From the NCBI GenBank assembly GCA_000388065.2, contig KB932207.1: a DNA stretch of 11,242 nucleotides; one strand, written 5' to 3'. This stretch comes from Fonticula alba ATCC 38817 (taxonomy: Eukaryota; Protista; Nucleariida). Positions 7,838-11,242 of the stretch are shown here, in pieces. Position 1 is the first letter of the stretch; each line of letters begins with the position of its first letter. The translations under genes and the position numbers were made by a program. The notes beneath the pieces were generated by a model. That model made no database searches. It saw only the letters and a program-made list of their open reading frames with translations, and had not been told where the DNA came from.

Positions 7838-8490
7838 CCAATAAATGTCTGGGCATGTGGCAATAATCGTGATCTCGCATGAATTGGACTGGGTCCTCGA
7901 AAATATCGGGGCATTTGGCGGAATTGGACGATTATTCGATCCAACCCCTGATTTGATTGGCCCAAGGGCATTTCCGTCACGTTATGACATTTGTGGAATC
8001 TCCATCGAGGTCATGTGATCCGCGGCGAGCTCTGGACATCACCGATCGACATTCGGTCCGAGTCTCCAGGCAAAAGATCGTTTAGTGTGTTGGAGAAAAG
8101 GCCGCGTGGGAGGGGCGTTGATGAACCAATCGAAAGGGACCGCTCGACATGAGGAAGCGCTTCGTGCTGCCTTAGGACCTGCATGAAGAAGGGGAAATAG
8201 ATCCCTGTCCATGGTTCGGGATGTGACTGACACATGTGGCCGGGGGTGGATTGGCCTCGGCAGTCTCAATCGGAACGGCTTTAACTGGAGAAGAGAGGGA
8301 TGTTGAGAACTATTCGGCTTTTGCAATTTACCAGCATAAAGCACAGGAAAGCTCGCTCGAAGACCAAGCTGAGGAGGGGCTCTTTGTCTCCGGGGGGGGG
8401 GGGGCGGGGGTCTCGGAACGTCGGACCAGTAAGAGATCCGAGCATTGGCGCGCACTTTTGGCAGAGAGGGCCATGGGACATCGAGCCAAT
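7838..8490 (-). promoter_or_regulatory. Dense CCAAT cluster, candidate COX17 upstream control region
   Basis: Eight CCAAT/ATTGG pentamers at 7838, 7883, 7923, 7956, 8126, 8250, 8444 and 8486. GAATTGGAC is directly repeated at 7881 and 7921. Confidence 0.4.
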
Positions 8491-8928
8491 AGGAGCCCAT
8501 GTGGGAACGAGTATTCGAGATGCCGAGGGGTACGGGAGAATAACTGTGGGTTTTGGAGAACGCCCTGCATTCGCGCACAACTGGCCGGGCACATGAGCAG
8601 CACAGAGTAGGGGGGGGGGGGGGCGGGCGGCGGCCTAGCAAGAGCCAGTTGATGCAGGCTGTGCAGCCAACGCCAACAAGCATCCAGAAGTGAGGAAAGG
8701 TGGAGAGCCGCGTCACTCTGAGGGGCGAATGTCCGATCGGGTGGGACAAAAGACATCGTACCTTGTGAAACTGGGGCGGGGGGAGGGGGGCGTAGCGGGC
8801 ACGGAACCGACTCAAGAGTGGGGGGTCTTTCGGAAGGAGGGTGGACATTGTGAGGATGCTCTTGGTGTATGGGAGGGATTGTTGTATTTTGGGCTGAGGT
8901 GTCGCCAAGTCGGCCTGAGGGACACCTT

Positions 8929-8964
8929 TGTGGTACTCAATGTGGCACTCAGTGGGGCACTCAG
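8929..8964. repeat. Three imperfect 12-bp tandem repeats, TGKGGYACTCAR
   Basis: tgtggtactcaa / tgtggcactcag / tggggcactcag. Confidence 0.75.
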
Positions 8965-9310
8965 CTGACAGCGGGGCTCTTGGGCGCTGGACGCCTCAAA
9001 GGCAACCTCCTGGCAATCTACATGAAATCGACGTCCCTGAACTGTCGAGAGTTAGAGGGGGGAGGGGGGTCTGGGCTATTCAAATCAGCACAGGGGGAGA
9101 CCCACGCTGAGAGGCATGCGGAAGAATGGCTTGATGAATCTACTCGGCTTCTCAGTGGCCGATCGCCAAGGGAAACATGTATCCTACCAAGGAGGGCCAC
9201 AGGACGAGATGGCCGGATGCCCTGCTTGAGGGCTGAGCCAGAAGACGGTCCGGGGAAAGGGCGGGGCCTGACGGCTTCAGTGGGCGAAGTGGAGAGGGAA
9301 GGAAGGCAGG

Positions 9311-9315
9311 AGAGC

Positions 9316-9391
<76 letters not shown>

Positions 9392-9456
9392 NNNNNNNNN
9401 NNNNNNNNNNNNNNNNNNNNNNNNNNNNNNNNNNNNGAGGGAGGGAGGGAGGGAGA
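9311..9456. repeat. Polypurine tract: (GA)n, G53, N gap, (GAGG)n
   Basis: (GA)n at 9311-9337, G run at 9338-9390, (GAGG)n from 9437. Confidence 0.9.
9392..9436. other. Assembly gap (45 N)
   Basis: Run of N bases flanked by low-complexity purine sequence. Confidence 0.99.
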
Positions 9457-10485
9457 GCGGAGAAGAGGGGTGGCCAAAAAGAAGGGAGTTACAGTTCGCA
9501 TGAGCTAGACCTGCACAGGGAGAAGGGAAGGAGGGAAAATGTGACCGCATTGAGATGCTGGACGACGACCAGAGTGATGGACTGTGGAGTCCACTGAGGT
9601 AGTGTGTTCCTGGGAGAAGACCATGGCATGTGGATTTCCCGACAAGCGAGTGAATGGAATCTCTCGGTCGCGGTGCTCACCGACACCGAGATAGCATCCC
9701 TCAGGGGAGATGTTTGTCGAAAGGCAGACACAGACCAGGGAGGAAACCAACCGGCTGACGGGCGGCGGGGCCAAGGATGGCATACGAAAGGCTGGCAAGG
9801 AAATGTCCACTCGCAAGCATCCGGGCAATGCAACCACCCCGCATGGCTGCTTCGGCGAGTGGAGAAGTTGCATGTGCAATGCCATTGTGCAGCCGAGGGG
9901 GGAGTGGTCGATAGCAAGGGAATGGAGGGGCAGGCGATGGTGCGATCAAGGGGGAGGGGGACGTGTAGATCGGGGAAGAATGGGGATTCTCGGGCACGAT
10001 TTCGGGAGCGATCGGCCAACCAGGCGGCAGGGGACTCAGATGCGAGCCAAGGAACATCCACACCGATCGTGCAAGGACGCGTTGGCAAAGTGTACGCCAC
10101 GCCGAGGGCAGGGAAAAGGAGCAGTCCCTCGGAGATGGGTCATGTGATGTCGACTCGATGTTGTGGGCTATTCCTCGGCCGGTCTCTGCTTGACCACCAC
10201 AGAGGAAGAGCCCGGGCTTGGGCACGCGTGCGCGTGCGCGTAAGCACACACCATGGAGCAGGCAGACGGGAGAAGGTCGGGAAGAGGCACTCAGAGCAGT
10301 AAACCACTTTCGTGGCGCGGGGACAAACCACAAGAGCCCCCAGTCGACCCAATACCGCTAAACCAAGATATGCACCCTCGAGGAGGGAACGCACAACCGC
10401 CCTAGCCCTTTGGGCATGTCGGCCTGGGCCGCCCCACCGCATTCGGGGGACCTCGTGGGGGGGAGTCGTACAGGGTAGGAAGAGT

Positions 10486-11090
10486 TCATGGATTGCTCTC
10501 GGCAGGAAGGTGGCAGTCAGGGGAGAGGGGTGGGGCGAGGAGGAAGCGCCCTGGAACAGGGATATATCCCAGGGGTGGATGGAGCGCCCCCTGCAGTCGC
10601 GCCAGGGCAGGGAGGTCCAGCCCCGACTGGGGATTTTCGAAATACCACCAACACGTTCTCTCACCCTTAGGCGTAGGCACAGACATACACGCACACACAC
10701 ACACACACACACGCGCACACACACACACACACGCACACACAATACAGCCTCCCCAACCATTCCAGACAAAGTACACCCCCGAGGGCCCACTGCCAGGACA
10801 TTCCCCGCAGTACGGTGTGCGGGGAGAGGGCACAAAGAGGGGGGTAGGTTGGTTGGGCGCGGAGGGAACAAGATCGTGGGCGTATGGTGTGCGGTAAAAG
10901 AAGGCAAACCAGGACATGAAATGCACCCCCCTGGCGGGGCCGTGAGATGAGATGGGGAGAGACAACTGTGTGTGTGTGTGTGATGTATTTCTACGGAGGA
11001 GGAGGAAGAGAAGTGGGGTCCCTTACATTCACAAATCCGCTCAAATGAGAGAACAGAATGTTCACACCGGCGCAAGCTGCGGGAGTCCAT
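10486..11090 (-). CDS. Hypothetical 3-exon Cys/Pro-rich ORF (132 aa); may instead be non-coding exons
   Basis: ATG in atcATGG context after a pyrimidine-rich leader. Exons 11090-11027, 10930-10737 and 10626-10486 join without stops through gtaagg..ccgccag and gtgcgt..ccccag introns. Codon bias is weak and there is no recognisable domain. Confidence 0.2.
10686..10741. repeat. Interrupted (CA)n microsatellite
   Basis: Read directly. It lies inside the putative minus-strand intron 10736-10627 and at its 5' boundary. Confidence 0.9.
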
Positions 11091-11242
11091 GATGATGGAG
11101 AGAGGGGAAGGAGGCTGCAAGGACAATGCCTTCACACACGTATACACCACATTGGAGGACGCAAACTGGCAAGTTGTTTGGTTGAAGACGAGGGAGGAGA
11201 GTCATATGTGAAGCGGGTATCTTAGAGGTTCGCACTGTTGCC

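Noticed and set aside
8030-8039. GTCATGTGAT M-box/E-box, repeated at about 10139-10148
   Set aside because: Two copies 2 kb apart with no independent support. Too weak to call regulatory.
9131-9241. C/D-box snoRNA-like segment (TTGATGA...CTGA with TGGC/GCCA ends); a similar one at 8118-8230
   Set aside because: Box C lacks the initial purine, the terminal stem geometry is non-canonical, and I recognise no rRNA/snRNA antisense guide. A snoscan or Infernal search would settle it.
10885-10915. U5 snRNA loop-like CTTTTAC on the - strand
   Set aside because: The invariant GCCTTTTAC loop is not present and there is no flanking stem or Sm site.
10870-10917. Resemblance of SWFAFFYRTPYAHDLV (- strand) to the uORF segment GWFTCCSAAWRPYDQDLL near 7813
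   Set aside because: It rests on a 13/16-nt match and a gapped short peptide, which is not distinguishable from chance.
8869-10950. Long + strand ORFs (8869-9597, 9604-10302, 10312-10950)
   Set aside because: They are G-rich, low-complexity translations crossing the N gap and microsatellites, with no + strand splice architecture and no domain.

Overview
This is GC-rich, intron-rich eukaryotic nuclear DNA, with many G/C homopolymers, (CA)/(GA)/(AT) microsatellites and one 45-N assembly gap. Two genes can be assembled by hand from canonical splice sites and recognised from motifs. On the + strand is a 7-exon RIC8/synembryn G-alpha GEF/chaperone (3530-6504, about 670 aa). Convergent with it on the - strand is a 2-exon COX17 mitochondrial copper chaperone (7249-6941, 70 aa). 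Most long six-frame ORFs are artefacts of high GC and repeats. The flanks (1-3300 and 7300-11242) carry splice-like signals, mostly on the - strand, but no protein I can recognise. GTNYGT donors, CTAAC branch points and a yeast-length Cox17 linker suggest a fungus-related or other amorphean protist (inference only). I see no convincing novel system. The most interesting points are splicing features: an alternative COX17 donor that rebuilds a CX9C motif, a frame-shifting candidate cassette exon in RIC8, and a possible spliced leader or non-coding transcript with a CCAAT cluster upstream of COX17. All coordinates and counts were made by eye, and homology comparisons are from memory, not from a database search.
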